From the human T2T-CHM13v2.0 reference genome, Homo sapiens, in the NCBI RefSeq assembly GCF_009914755.1, contig NC_060929.1: a DNA stretch of 64,000 bases, one strand, 5' to 3'. Every line of letters begins with the position of its first letter. Positions within the stretch are counted from its first letter, which is position 1. The notes beneath the pieces are model-generated. The model ran no database searches. It had not been told where the DNA came from and was given only the letters and a program-made list of their open reading frames with translations. Shown here in pieces: positions 1 to 14,221 of this stretch. The position numbers and the translations under genes are program-made.

Positions 1-578
<578 letters not shown>

Positions 579-1111
579 TTAAACAATTTTCTTAAAGTTG
601 TCAAATGCTAGAATCCAGAATTAATCATGAGTTATGTGTCTGTTGTACTGCAATTAAAAAAAAGTGTGTGTGTAGGAGGGAGTGGTATAAGAGAAAAAGA
701 AAGAGAGAGAGATACTTTTCTTATCTGTATAGCAATCATATTTTCCTAATGCAAAATGAGATATAGGGTCAAAATACCTATAAATCTCTGGACTTAGCAG
801 GTAGTTAATAAATATTTGTAATGTTTGTGTGGGTGTGTGTGCATCTTTTGCAGTCTGAGGTGGAAGGAATAGAGAATATAACTGATTAGTCTTTCCTGAG
901 ACAGAATGGAGAATAACATAACAATTGGTTAGATGGGTTATTCTTCTGAGCTTTTGAATGGGTTCTAGCTGAGAATTCACTATTGTTTCACATGGTCCTG
1001 ACAGTCCCTGAGATTGAGAGGGCAGAGAAGCGGGTTCTATTAAGGGATATCCAAGAGCAGAGGATTTCTGGGTTGGATGTCCAGACAAGATGAGAAGGAA
1101 GAGGAAGAGGC

Positions 1112-1408
<297 letters not shown>

Positions 1409-2359
1409 TGGAACAGGCTTTTGTACAGCTTGGTGAGCAGTATTATTGTCCATTATAGATCTTTCTTTAAAGCAGTCTTCATTATAAGACAGAAGGGATG
1501 TCTACTTCTACTTTGTTTTTATTTAGAAATTTTGCAGCAACTCTGTTGTTCCAAGAGGAAAAAGAAAGTCTGCTTTTTTCTTTCTGCTTTGTTTTGTCCA
1601 TGCCTAATCTAGAGAGAATAAGTGAAGTAGGTACCTCTGTTTGGGGTGGACCAGTGGCATGAGGATGAAAAGTGAGAAAACCCTAAGGAAGTAGGGGAAG
1701 CTTAGAGCCCACCAGATAGGGGACCCTGTGGCAAAGAGAGACCCTAACCTCAGAGTTGTTCTATGACTTCATCCATCTGTCCACTAACCCATAAAATTGT
1801 AGATGTTTAAAGCTCAAGTGTAAGATCTATGTTTTCTCTTGTATGCTAACCAACAAACATGATGGGCATATATTATATAATGAATATAATACTGTATGGT
1901 GTCAATTCAGCTTGGAGTTATTGCCAACCAATTCTGCTCCTGTCATAATGATAATTTGGCATGATTAGTTAATTTTCCCTTAACAGCATCCTAAATGTTC
2001 TTAGCTTCTATCACAACTTTTTCCCAGGCAAAGTGAAAATATTTCCTGCCATGAAAGCTCCAAGTTAATACTGTCCATACACTGGTTTCACAGGGTTCCC
2101 TCTCTTATGTCTCACAGGTAATAGTTCTGAGAGTTGAAAGTGACTTTTATAGTGGAAGAGTGAAAATTAAAAGTCCACAGGTAGAGAACAAGTCCAGGTT
2201 AGACAATGTGTAGTATACCTAGATAAGGGAATCTTATTTGGCTATTAAAAAGATGTGATAGATCCATGTAAACTGAAAGGAAAAGATGTTTATGTTACAG
2301 AGTCACATGACAAAGACATGGTGAGGAGCAGAATGGAAACAGCATCATCTACTCAAGGC

Positions 2360-2560
2360 AGAATAATACAGAGGGTTAGAGCCTGGGCTTTGGAGCCAGG
2401 CTGCCTGGGTTTGGACTTCAACTCTGCCCTTACTGTGAGACCTCAAGCAAGTTACTTCTTTGTGCCTCAATTATGTCATCTGAAAATGGGAATAATGTTG
2501 ACAATAGTACCTATCTTGTAGGATTATGTTAATATGTGTAAAGCCCATAAGATAATGGTG
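2360..2560 (+). mobile_element. MIR
   Basis: MIR core: ...ctgcctgggtt...tgtgcctcaatt...catctgaaaatgggaataat... Confidence 0.7.
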
Positions 2561-2577
2561 CACACACAAAATGCGTG

Positions 2578-2578
<1 letters not shown>

Positions 2579-2620
<42 letters not shown>
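2579..2620. repeat. (TA)n microsatellite
   Basis: About 20 AT units read directly. Confidence 0.95.
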
Positions 2621-2622
<2 letters not shown>

Positions 2623-3394
2623 CTATATACCATTTGTCAAATGAATAGCTTTTCTTTCTCTCCTTTCAACTGAGCAAAATAAGCCTTAAAATTTAAATAG
2701 TCCTCAGAAGGGTGACTGGCAAAGTAGGTCATTTTCTTGCCTAATGGATTATAGTTCCCAGATACTAAGTTTTGAAATGTTTCAAAGATTTTCTATTTTG
2801 TATATCTTTACTTGGCTTTGCATGATGAATAGTATTTTAAATTGTAACATACGGGGTATATATGGAAAGCTTATTCCTACATAATTTGACACATGATAAA
2901 ATCTTTAGTACGTATGCACAAATAGAGTCCAATATACCATTTACCTTCAGCTCTTATTCAAAGGTTGTTAGACATAAGAAGAATAAAAATTCATAGTTTT
3001 GGCACAGTTCAGAAAACTGGGTTCATGTCAACAGATTAACATCCTAAAATGATAAGGACTATAATTTAAAAAGAAAAATCTCACCAAATAAAGGAATACA
3101 AGTGCAACTTCTAGAAAATATTATTTATATTGGATATTTTTTACCCCATACATATATTTATAGCCATTTTTCTTTATATGTCAATTGTGACATTTCACCA
3201 TTTTTGAATATATTACATGGTGAAGTAAACATTCCAGGGTTAATTTCAGCAAATTTCACTTACAAAACATTTGTTGAGCATCTAGTATATGCCAGCACCA
3301 TAGTGTGCTTTTAGAAAAGTTTGTACTAATAAACATTGAAAGTTTGATGCATTGGCAATAACTTTTTTTCTTGGCTTTGGGCTTACTTTCTTGT

Positions 3395-3433
3395 TTTTGT
3401 TTTGTTTTGTTTTGTTTTGTTTTGTTTTGTTTT
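3395..3433. repeat. (TTTTG)n microsatellite
   Basis: Read directly. Confidence 0.9.
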
Positions 3434-4071
3434 CAGACAATCTGCTTTCTCTTCTTTGAGGTCTTAGGAATTTGCTCCAGCAGTTTAGAAAGAGTCAAAG
3501 CAAGCACATTGGTTACTCAAGTGTAATAAGAAGAAAGTTATTTCTATTTAAAGGAGTCCCTACTCTTGACCACTTTCTGGGTGGGTGGAGAGAGTCAGGT
3601 GGAAGCACTCCACAGCAGACTTCATTTGTCAAAGAACTATAAATAAAGAAAAGGGACTTACATGTTGAAAATAAGTTTGAATATAACATTAATTACTCTA
3701 ATTGACTGATAACCATATAAATTAAGCTTCTGACACCAGCCAGGCACTGGATAAGGAGCTTTTTAAGCAAAGACAAATGCAGACAAGGATGCTTTTAGGG
3801 ACTGGTTGGTGGAGACAGATAAGAGTGGAAAAAGTTTTCCTGGTAATATGATGGCACACTGAGGACACAAATGGAGAATATCCAGTTCTTTGAGGTGGGG
3901 AGAGGCAGGGCTTGACTGGGACAACAGGCTTCTTAGAAAAAGTGACACTTAGGCTGGGCTTGGTGGTGCCAGCACTTTGGGGGTCAGAAATTATGACATA
4001 TGCTATAACATGGAGAAACCTCGAAGACGTAATGCTAAGTGAAATAAGCCAATCACAAAACAGCAAGTATT

Positions 4072-4352
4072 GGCCGGGTGCTGTGGTTCAATACTGTAAT
4101 CCCAGCACTTTGGGCGGCTGAGGTGGGGATCACTTGAGGTCAGGAGTTCGAGACCAGCCTGGCCAACATGGCGAAACCCCGTCTCTACTAAAAATACAAA
4201 AATTAGCTGGGCATGATGGTGCACCCCTCTAATCCCAGCTACTCAGGAGTCTGAGACAGGAGAATCGCTTGAACCAGGGAGGTGGTTTTTGCAGCGAGCC
4301 GAGATCATGCCACTGAACTCCAGCCTGGATGATGAAGTGAGACTCTGTCTCC
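4072..4352 (+). mobile_element. AluS lacking a poly-A tail, preceded by an L1M 3' fragment (about 3985-4071)
   Basis: The Alu body ends at GACTCTGTCTCC with no A-tail. The upstream ...aatgctaagtgaaataagccaatcacaaaa... is L1M ORF2-end/3'UTR-like. Confidence 0.85.
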
Positions 4353-4423
4353 AGGTAGGGTAGCCTAAATATCTTAAATATTCCCCTTAGAATGGACAAA
4401 GATACCATTGGTGACAGTCTAGC

Positions 4424-4638
4424 ACAACACTGTCCAATGTGGTAGCCATTAGCCACATGTAGCTATTTAAGTTTAAATTTTTGTTAATTAAAATTAAATA
4501 AAATAAACAATTTAATTCCTCAGTTGCACTAGCCACAATTTAAATGCTCAACAGTGAAATGTGGCCAGTGGTTATGGCACTGGGCAGTGCAGACACACAT
4601 GACTTCTCCTTCATCACTGAAATTTCTCTTGGCCAGTG
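4424..4638 (-). mobile_element. MER3-like hAT-Charlie DNA transposon
   Basis: Starts ctgtccaat...tagccacatgtagctatt, has an AT-rich centre and an inverted far end; matches recalled MER3. Confidence 0.75.
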
Positions 4639-4782
4639 TAGGGAACAGTAAGCAGCCAAGCACTGCTGGAGTGTAAGGTTTAAGGGGGCTATAGCAAGAG
4701 CCAAACCTGGGGATAGAGGTTGTGGCCAAAGAATGCCAGCCTTACATGTGATATCATGAAGTTCTGACTTTATCCACTAGGC

Positions 4783-5004
4783 CAGATGTCAGCAAACATT
4801 TTCTGTAAGGGGCCTGATAGTAAATATTTTTGGCTCTTGAGACCACATGGTCTTTGCTGAAATGACGCAGCTCTGCTCTTGTAGTATGAGGGCAGCCATA
4901 TACAGTATGTTAATGTGTGAACATGGCTATGTTCCAATAACACATTCTTTGTAAAAACTGACAATGGGCTGGATTTGTTCACAGCCATAGTTTGCTGACC
5001 CCTG
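4783..5004 (+). mobile_element. MER58A
   Basis: cagcaaacattttctgtaagggg...gtttgctgacccctg. Confidence 0.8.
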
Positions 5005-5359
5005 CACTTGGCCTTTAGGAGCTATATGGAGGGTTGGAGCCAGAAATTTACATAATTAGAAAGACCATTCTAGTAGCAGAGAGGGATGGACTTAAGGGGT
5101 GAGAGATGCAAAACTATAATAGTGAGTCAAAGAGGACAAGAGCCTAAATTCTGAAAAAAGCCTATTGAACATAGTTGGAGAGAAAATGATGTGTATGTGT
5201 TTGTAAGTTTGGTGTCAGTGCACTGGTGGAAATGGAGAAATATAAAATGACTCAGAAGGTGAGGGATGCACTCAGCAAGTTACAGAATACAAGAGGAGGA
5301 ACAGATCTGGTGAAAGATGGTGACTTCATCATGTGAGCCATCAGCAAAGAGTTAGTAGC

Positions 5360-5735
5360 TAATATGGTTTAGCTCTGTGTCCCCACCCAAATCTCATCTC
5401 AAATTGTAATCCCTATAACCCCCATGTGTTGAGGAAAGGACCTGGTGGGAGATGATTGGATCATGGGGGTGGTTTCCCCCATGCTGTTTTCATGATAATG
5501 AATGAGTTCTCATGAGATCTGATGGTTTTATAAGGGGCTCTTCTCCCTTTGCACTCTCTCTCTCTTTCTCTCCCCTGCTGCCATGTAAGACATGCCTGCT
5601 TCCCCTTTTACCATGATTGTAAATTTCCTGAGGCCTCTCCAGCCATGCGGAACTGTGAGTCAATTAAACCTCTTCTCTTTATAAACTAGCCAGTCTCGGC
5701 AGTTCTTTATGGCAGTGTGAGAATGGACTAATACA
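5360..5735 (+). mobile_element. THE1C/THE1D solo LTR (MaLR)
   Basis: T(a)ATATGGTTT..CTCTGTGTCCCCACCCAAATCTCATC...GGACTAATACA. 5-bp TSD GTAGC/GGAGC. Confidence 0.9.
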
Positions 5736-6185
5736 GGAGCTAAAGTCTTGAGAGAAGCAGAGAATGCTGAGGGAGGGCAGGCAGAGTGAGAGAGGGGCAA
5801 AGATGGTGCCTTGTGTGTTACCAAAATACAAAGTGTGATTCAAAGGATACTGAGAAGGACTTGTTAGAGACAGAGGGAGGAGAATCAGGGAAGAATTGTA
5901 TTGCAGAAATCAAGGAAAGACTATCAAATGCCATCAACATGTTTAAAAAGATTCCACTAGGTTTGATGATTAGGAAGCATTTTGGGAACATTATCCAGAA
6001 TAGATTTTGTCAAACAAAATAAAACAAAAATATCACCATCAAAGTGTCTGGAACCTCCTTTTTTGAGTAGTATTAAGTGGAGCGATAGTAGGACTTTTCA
6101 TGTTCTTGGTTCTTTTTCTTCTTTTGGTGTTAAATGGCAGGATTACTCGAAAGCAGAGAGACAATTAGGGTCCTTTGAATCTCAC

Positions 6186-6410
6186 CTTGTAAATTCCATG
6201 GTCCCGCAATCACACTATCCTGGGACGGAAGGGCGGGCGAGATCTTATCACCTCTGGGGTGATCTCTGGAAACTTCTGGTGTGAGCTTCATGCTGCGAGT
6301 GCTGGGAAGTGGCTAGAAAAACTTTCAAAATGATATGATATTCTGATTTCAGGATAAGGAAAAACAAAAATGGATGACGTCTTAAGCTGAGATTTTATGC
6401 AATAACCATT
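6186..6410 (-). promoter_or_regulatory. Candidate intronic promoter or alternative first exon with GATA, ETS, SP1, CRE and C/EBP motifs
   Basis: Local CpG enrichment. CGGAAG 6226, GGGCGG 6231, CTTATC 6244, GGAAGT 6305, GATAAG ~6353, TGACGTC 6375, TTATGCAAT 6395. Minus-strand donor AAG|GTGAGA at 6186. Confidence 0.45.
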
Positions 6411-7377
6411 CTTGATACATACAAATGTTTTACCCTGAAGTCACCTTAATAAAGAAACCAAATATTAACATCTTTAAGATGGAATCATGTCATTTTTGAG
6501 TGTTTTATTTGGCAATTTAATGGTCAAAAGATGAAAGGATTTCAAATGATGATTTATAGCAACCTTTGAGGATGATTATATTAGGAGAATATTTTACATG
6601 TCTTGTGGGTGAATGTATCTCACTCAAACCTTGAGTGATTTGTTGTTTAAAGTTTTAAATTTTAGAACCTGGAAAAACGGAAAATAGAGGCCTGTGATCT
6701 GCAACAGTGTTTCTTGAGATAATAAGAAGTAGTGTTTAATCCTGAAGGAATTAATTTAGACCATGAAATTATGAGAATGATACATAGCCCAACACTTTAT
6801 AAGTTAATATAAATACCCTATAGACCACACTAGGGGAAAATTAAATTGAATTACAACAATGGTAACAACAAAAATATAATAAGTAGCCCTTCATTGCCAG
6901 AGACCACTTAGCTCACTCAGTTAGAGGGGAATCATTTGAACTGGAACTGTATTTACTGTGGGATTGGCTGATGCTCCATATGGGCTGCTCTCTACTCCCC
7001 GGCCAGATCCTGCCTTGACCTTAAAGCCATCCTGAGAATAGGTAGGGCTACTTGAGTAGTTGGAAAAAATCTCTAAAGAGCAAAGTGTGAAAAGTAAGGT
7101 GCACCCTATACATAGGAATGCTAAGAAAGAAAGCTAGACCCTGTATACTAATCCTTTTTTTTTGAAACAGAAAAATACAATTAGAATCAGAGCTAGGATT
7201 TAAGAACTAAGTAAAATTATTATAAAGTTTACTTATTTATACATGGATAAGGACATCAGTAAATGTTGTGAAAATAGAAGCAATGAGGGAAGGAATGAGG
7301 GAGACTAGTTCTATTGGGTAATATAATGTAAAGTAGTAATTTAAAAGGTATGATAAAGGTACAAAAATAAAATATAG

Positions 7378-7702
<325 letters not shown>

Positions 7703-8244
7703 AAAATAAAATATAGATGGCTCAAAACAGAGTCATAATGTGCAATAATTCTAAAGATAACAAAAACAGGGCATGTGTTGCAATAATTAAAAGGATTATG
7801 AAGAGTGTAAGAATGTGAGCTAATGTTTATGAATTAAACTTAAGTGAAAAAATAATATGATAATTATGCAAAATGCATATACTTGTAGATAAAGACTGAA
7901 TGGTCACATAATATAAGGGAAATAGCTATGACTGTGGAATTTTTTTAAATTTTCTTTAATATATTTTTGATCACACACACAAACACACAAACAATCTGTT
8001 ATGCAAGGAAGGAGAAATCAATTGGTATAAATTCTTCCCAATTCTTTTTAAAAAGGTCAAAGCATATGTCTTAAGAGAAGGGCTCACAGTATCATTAGCA
8101 CAGTTAACTAACAATCTGGTACCAACCTAGTAACACACATACAGAGAGAGACATGCAAACTCATACTAAGTTTATGAAACAGCAAGTTCTCTTTGTATTC
8201 TACCGCTAGACTGGGTTGGTGCCATTTCTTTTTACCCTAGAGAA

Positions 8245-8480
8245 CTAGGAGAGTGGAATAGTTTAGACATAGGTTCTAGGGCCAGACAGTCTAGGATTGG
8301 ATCTTTCTGGCTGCTAATCACTTAACTTCTCTCCCCACTGGTTTCCAGATTCATGAAATGGAGTAAAAGTAGTACCTCATCCAGGGTTGCTGCAAGAATT
8401 CAATGATTTGACATTTTAAAAACACTTACAACTATGTCTGGCATAGGGGAAGCACTTAGTAAAATGTTAGCAATTGTTAT
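8245..8480 (+). mobile_element. MIR
   Basis: Degenerate MIR core (cacttaacttctct...tcatgaaatggag...agtacctcat). Confidence 0.6.
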
Positions 8481-8979
8481 TCATATTATATTTCTTATTT
8501 CCTAAAATACAAAGTTTAAAAAGTGATTTGAACCTTGATATAGCTCAGGACAATGCTATGCTTACAAGGGGAAGATAGAAACAATCCGATTTTTTCTATT
8601 CCTAAAGAAAAGTACACGTTTTACTGCTCACATTATCTAGTCTATTAAGCTAATTCTTTGAGATTCACTGAGATGACATTGCAGTGGTAATAAATAAGAT
8701 ACTTCCATAAAATTAGGAAACCATGTTTAAAATTTACAATGCAAGAATGTGAACTGATGGAAACTCCTTGAAGTAGATATATTAAAGATAACTCTCAAAT
8801 ATAAGTGAGTACTTATTTTCACATTTTAAAGACCCAAAGCCTAGTTTTATTCCCATGAAATAAAAATGTCTATAAACACTGCCAAAAAGCCATCTGGGGA
8901 GTCCAGAACCTCTCCTGCTCTTCAGAGACTGAACCTATGACTCATCATGAATCCATGGGAAATGACAACAACAAAATCT

Positions 8980-9938
8980 TTTTTTAAAAAAAAATATTTT
9001 AGGTTCAGGGGTTCATATATAGGATTGTTACATAGGTAAATGTGTGTTGTAAGGCATAGGATTGTTACACAGGTAAATGTGTGTTGTAAGGTATAGGATT
9101 GTTACACAGGTAAATGTGTGTTGTAAGGTATAGGATTGTTACATAGGTAAATGTGTGTTGTAAGGTATAGGATTGTTACATAGGTAAATGTGTGTTGTAA
9201 GGCATAGGATTGTTACATAGGTAAATGTGTGTTGTAATGTATAGGATTGTTACATAGGTAAATGTGTGTTGTAAGGGTTTGTTGAACAGATTATTTCATC
9301 ACCCAGGTGTAAGCCTAGTACCCAATATTTTTCCCGATCCTCTTCTTCCTTCCATCCTCCACCCTCTGATATGCCCCAGTGTGTGTTGTTGCCCTCTATG
9401 AGTCCATGTGTTCTTATCATTTAGCTTGCACTTATAAATGAGAACATGTGGTATTTGGTTTTCTGTTCCTGTGTTAATTTGCTAAGGATAATTGCCTCCA
9501 GTTCCATCCACGTCCCATCCATGAATGAGGACATGATCTCATTCTTTTTTATGGCTCCGTAGTAGTTCTATGGTGTATATGTACCACGTTTTCTTTATCC
9601 AGCCTACCACTGATGGGCATTTAGGTGGATTCCATGTCTTTGCTATTGTGAATAGTTCTGCAAAGAACACACACGTGCATGTATCTTTATAATAGAACAA
9701 TTTATATTCCTTTGGCTCTATACTCAGTAATGGGATTGCTGAGTTGAATGGTATTTCTGTCTTTAGGTCTTTGAGGAATCGCCATACTGTCTTCTACGAT
9801 GGTTGAAGTAATTTACACTCCCATCAAAGGTGTATAAGCGTTCTTTTTTCTCCACAACCTAGCCAGCATCTGTTATTTTTTGACTTTTTAATAATAGCCA
9901 TTCTGACTGGTGTGAGATGATATCTTACTGTGGTTTTG
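8980..9938 (-). mobile_element. 5'-truncated old L1PA (L1PA13-16-like) 3' end
   Basis: Reverse L1 3'UTR and ORF2 end. 16-bp TSD at 8964-8979 and 9939-9954. Confidence 0.88.
9019..9277. repeat. 37-bp minisatellite, 7 copies, inside the L1 3'UTR
   Basis: Unit ATAGGATTGTTACA(T/C)AGGTAAATGTGTGTTGTAAGG(T/C), starting at 9019, 9056, 9093, 9130, 9167, 9204 and 9241. Confidence 0.97.
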
Positions 9939-12900
9939 GACAATGACAAAATCTAAGCAAAAACAGCAGGAGCTGAATCTGGCTTATATTTTCTGAAATA
10001 AAATTCTATTTTACAATTACAATCTCAGTGTTTCCCTAAATTAGCATATATTGGTTGGCATGAATATCCTCATTTCTATCTAGAAGGAGGATTTTGTTTT
10101 AAACTGTGTAGTTACTTATTAAGTTAGAAGCATGGTTTTGCCTTAATCAGAACAGGTTTTTGTAAAATTGCAAGCCTCGTGGAAAACATATTGGCAACTT
10201 GAGGCATGCAAAATAATATGGTGGAATGCAAAATAATTGGGAAGAAAATGCATCTGAAAACTAAAGGTGCTTGATGAGAATTTCAAGGCATTGACAAGAG
10301 AAATGCTGAAGACAGGACACACCAAATCAAGAGGGATTAGTGCTGGAGAGAGTGCAAAGTGGAAGTTTTCATGAAAAAAGAAAGTTGGAACCAAACATTA
10401 AAGGAAGTGCCAGACCTGATCGGGCAGAGGGGAAAGTGAAGGAGAAGCAGCAAAAGCACAGCTGTAAAAGGCAGAAATGGAAAGGCCTTATACTTTGTGT
10501 AGGGATATGTCTAGAAAAATATTTATTGAAGTGTTAATAGTGGTTTTCTTTAGATAGTAAGATTTTTACCTTTTCTACATTTTCTTATATTTTCGGAACA
10601 ATTTATCATCACATGCACCTCATTTTTACAAGAGGAGAAAATCATGGAGCTATTTACATTTGGGGGAAAAGCTTTATTGTGGATATTTCATTTGGTGGAT
10701 AAATGGAGGTATAAACACATGGGTTAAGAATATAGAAAATGGAGTTCCATATTTCCCAGCTCTACTTGCCCAGTCTATGTGACATTTAAACTTTCCCTTC
10801 CACGCTTTTTAAAAAAATTTTAAGCATTTGCAAAAGTTGAAATTAAAGTTGGAAGTTAACACCAACGTACTGCCACCTACATTCTCTAATGGTTAGCATT
10901 TTGCATCCTTGCTTTATCACATCTCTCCATTTATCCATTCACCTGTTTTTTTTTTTTTTTTGGATGAGTTTCAAAGTTGCAGACATCAGTACCTTTTTTT
11001 ATACCAAATTTTAACCACCCCTAAATTCCTTCCACACACGCACACTCAAGACTTGTCCATAACCTCCAAGCAGGATGTTATTCATTTAAATATGACCCCA
11101 TTTTCCACACCTAGATACTGCTTCCAGTCCAAACATGTCCAAAATCAGCTGCCTACGCAGAGGACAAACTTTACCAAACCTTATCCTGACTCTTTCTACA
11201 TACCCAGAACTGTATACTTTAAAGCCAAAGGGAAACTATCTGAACTGCATCACCAACTCCAATGTTTTCAGGAACAAAGTAGGTAACATAAAAAGCAGGC
11301 TTGTGGAAGATAAATCCAGTGGGTCTATTAATGAAGACCAATCCAGTCTCAGTGTGGAGGATGCAACAAGAAGAAAAGAGCTACTCAGAGAACTTGAGAA
11401 AACAGAATTTACTGTCAAGGTAAGGCTTCCACACTCAACCAGCTAGCTTCAAGGAGCCTTGAATTTTAATCAGTATCTCTCCTTTGTTTCCACTGATGAT
11501 CTAGGTCACTTAAAGGTCCAAATGTATTAGAACAGTTAACATAGTAAGTGCTCCGTTAAATAGAATCTTTCTTTAATTACAAGTATTTATGGGGGCAGTA
11601 TTTATAGCCATTCAGTTAAATACACATCTTAGCAATGGAAAGGTAACACAGATATTACAAATGCAAAAATATGGTGTGTTTCTAGTTTGTGCAAATTACC
11701 TGCCCAAGAAGGCATTTTTTCCTCACCTATAGATTGACTACCTGTCTGCAATGAACCCAAAGGAGAAACCAGTATTCACAGTGATCAAAAGGGAGACCTA
11801 GCATCATTTCCCAGGAATGTGTTTGCAGCCCTCCCCACCTTTTTTTGGTGTATGTGGCTTACAAATTAAAAAGAAGGACTTACCGTGTGGAAGGGTAGAA
11901 TAGTGAGAAAAATGAGAATATTGAAGAGTCAAGGAGTCTAGAATATTACGTACGGGTTTTCATGCCGAATTAGCCATCAAGACATGGTTATCCTGGCTGT
12001 TTTATGGGAATGCCCTACCTCTCTCCTTGCCCTGCTTATCAAATTAGCTCAGGGTGGCTAGGTTTTACAACCATCTGCAGTAGGCATGGTTGGTAGCTAC
12101 AGGTGGACTTTGCTTAGAAATCGGAAGCTACGACGATTTCACCCTCACAGTCTTTTTTGTTGGTTTGCTTGATGATTAAGACATAGTTTGGAAATTCCCT
12201 GTCTTCCCCTTCTCTGCCTCCTAGATGACTAATTTGAGCAGTGTTTATTGCAGCTGTATTGTGTTGGGTGGCTATGTTCTGCTATTGAAAAAAGTCCACC
12301 CAGCCTGAAATGCTGTCTCATGTAGTTGTGGGTACATGTGATAAAATTAATTTCTCTCGGATGAATGTCCTCTTGTGATAAAGTGAATGTAACTACTTTT
12401 ATTTCAAAGTTGCAATGAGTAAAAGTGATGGTAGTTCTTTTGGACTATGTCCATACCTTGAAAAGTCAAACATTTTCATGTAAGTTCAGCCTCCCAAACA
12501 TCTGTGAAAGTGTTTTCACTGTTTTCACTAGATTTCACAGAAATAATTTCATCTAAATATCTGTTATAGATCAGATTCAGCAGATGTTAATTTCATCTCC
12601 ATGTCTTTTCACTTCTGCCAGAACTTGCATAAGGGCTGAATTTATTGTTGGCTTATCAGTTTCTGTAGCTGAAATCTGAGTATAGAATATTCTGAACTCT
12701 GGTTTAAAATTCCATTAGCTAGTTTTAAAAGGCATATAGTAAAACTCTAAAATTTTTTATGAGAAAAGTTAATTTTTACCAATGTTTTTAAACAGCATAT
12801 AACAGTTTTTGGGGAAAAGTAGGACTTATAAAGCAAAGGTCCTAATATGAAAAAAAGAGAAATACCCTTTAAATACTTTTTAAAAAGTCTCTCTTCCCAA

Positions 12901-13284
12901 GATACTTATTTTGACTTAGGTTCGTCTTGCAGAATTTTTTTTTTTTTGCATGTAGAACTTACAAAATCTTTTAGAAATATTTTGTGTAGATTTTGCTGTG
13001 TGACAGGCATTATGCTGAAGATATTCACACATAAACCCATGCAACTCTTAAAATAAACTTAACAAGTAGGTATAGTGACTTATCGCTTTTTACATATGGA
13101 GAAATTGAGGCACAGAGAAGGTAAATTGTAATGAGAAGAACTGAAATAGAAATCAAGGGAGTCAAGCTCCAGAAGAGATCACTTTAAACTTTGTTCACTA
13201 GAAGTTTACCAATTTTCGCTTAGAATTCCAAAACACCAGCATAAGTGATGATCAGAATGGGCTAAACAGTAAATGAATAACTAA

Positions 13285-13657
13285 AGCAGACTTTGACCGG
13301 ATGTTTCAATCATTTGGAGACTAAAAAAAAAAAAAGTACCTGAGCCACCAGGCCAGCCAAATCAAAATCTCTGGGCTTGGCACTCAAACAGCTGCATACT
13401 TTAAAATTCAACAGGCAGTTAAAATGGGCAGCCAGGTTGAGGACCACTGATCCAAAGCGTCTTTAGCTGTGTCTGGGTTTGGGAGATCTCAAACTTGAGC
13501 GTGCATCAGAATCACTGGGAAGGCTTTGTTAATACACAGGTGGCTGGGCCCCACCTCCTTTCTTATTTAGCAGGTATTGGGTGCGGCCCAAGAAGTTCTA
13601 TTAAGTTCCCAGGTGATATTGATGTGCTGGTTTGGGAGCACACTTTGAGAACCACCG
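13285..13657. mobile_element. Two adjacent MER5-family (hAT-Charlie) elements
   Basis: ...aggttgaggaccactg (13285-13450) and tctcaaacttgagcgtgcatcagaatcac...ctttgagaaccac (13480-13657). Confidence 0.65.
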
Positions 13658-13789
13658 TCTTAATAGGTTGGAGTAGGGGTGAAGTGTGGTAATGGAGACC
13701 TGGAAGTAACTTGATTAATTCTCCTAGTGTCTCATCTACCCTGATGCTGAAACATTTCCTCTCCTTTGTTGATTTACTCAATACCATTA

Positions 13790-14221
<432 letters not shown>

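Noticed and set aside
3952-3965. GGCTGGGCTTGG as the start of another Alu
   Set aside because: It fits better as the end of an L2-like stretch (gtgacacttaggctgggctt).
9019-9277. 37-bp repeats as a CRISPR array
   Set aside because: The units are head-to-tail with no spacers, derive from an L1 3'UTR, and there are no cas genes in this primate DNA.
11870-11900. Minus-strand donor-like ACG|GTAAGT near 11884
   Set aside because: It is an isolated motif, and I found no acceptor or promoter to support an exon.
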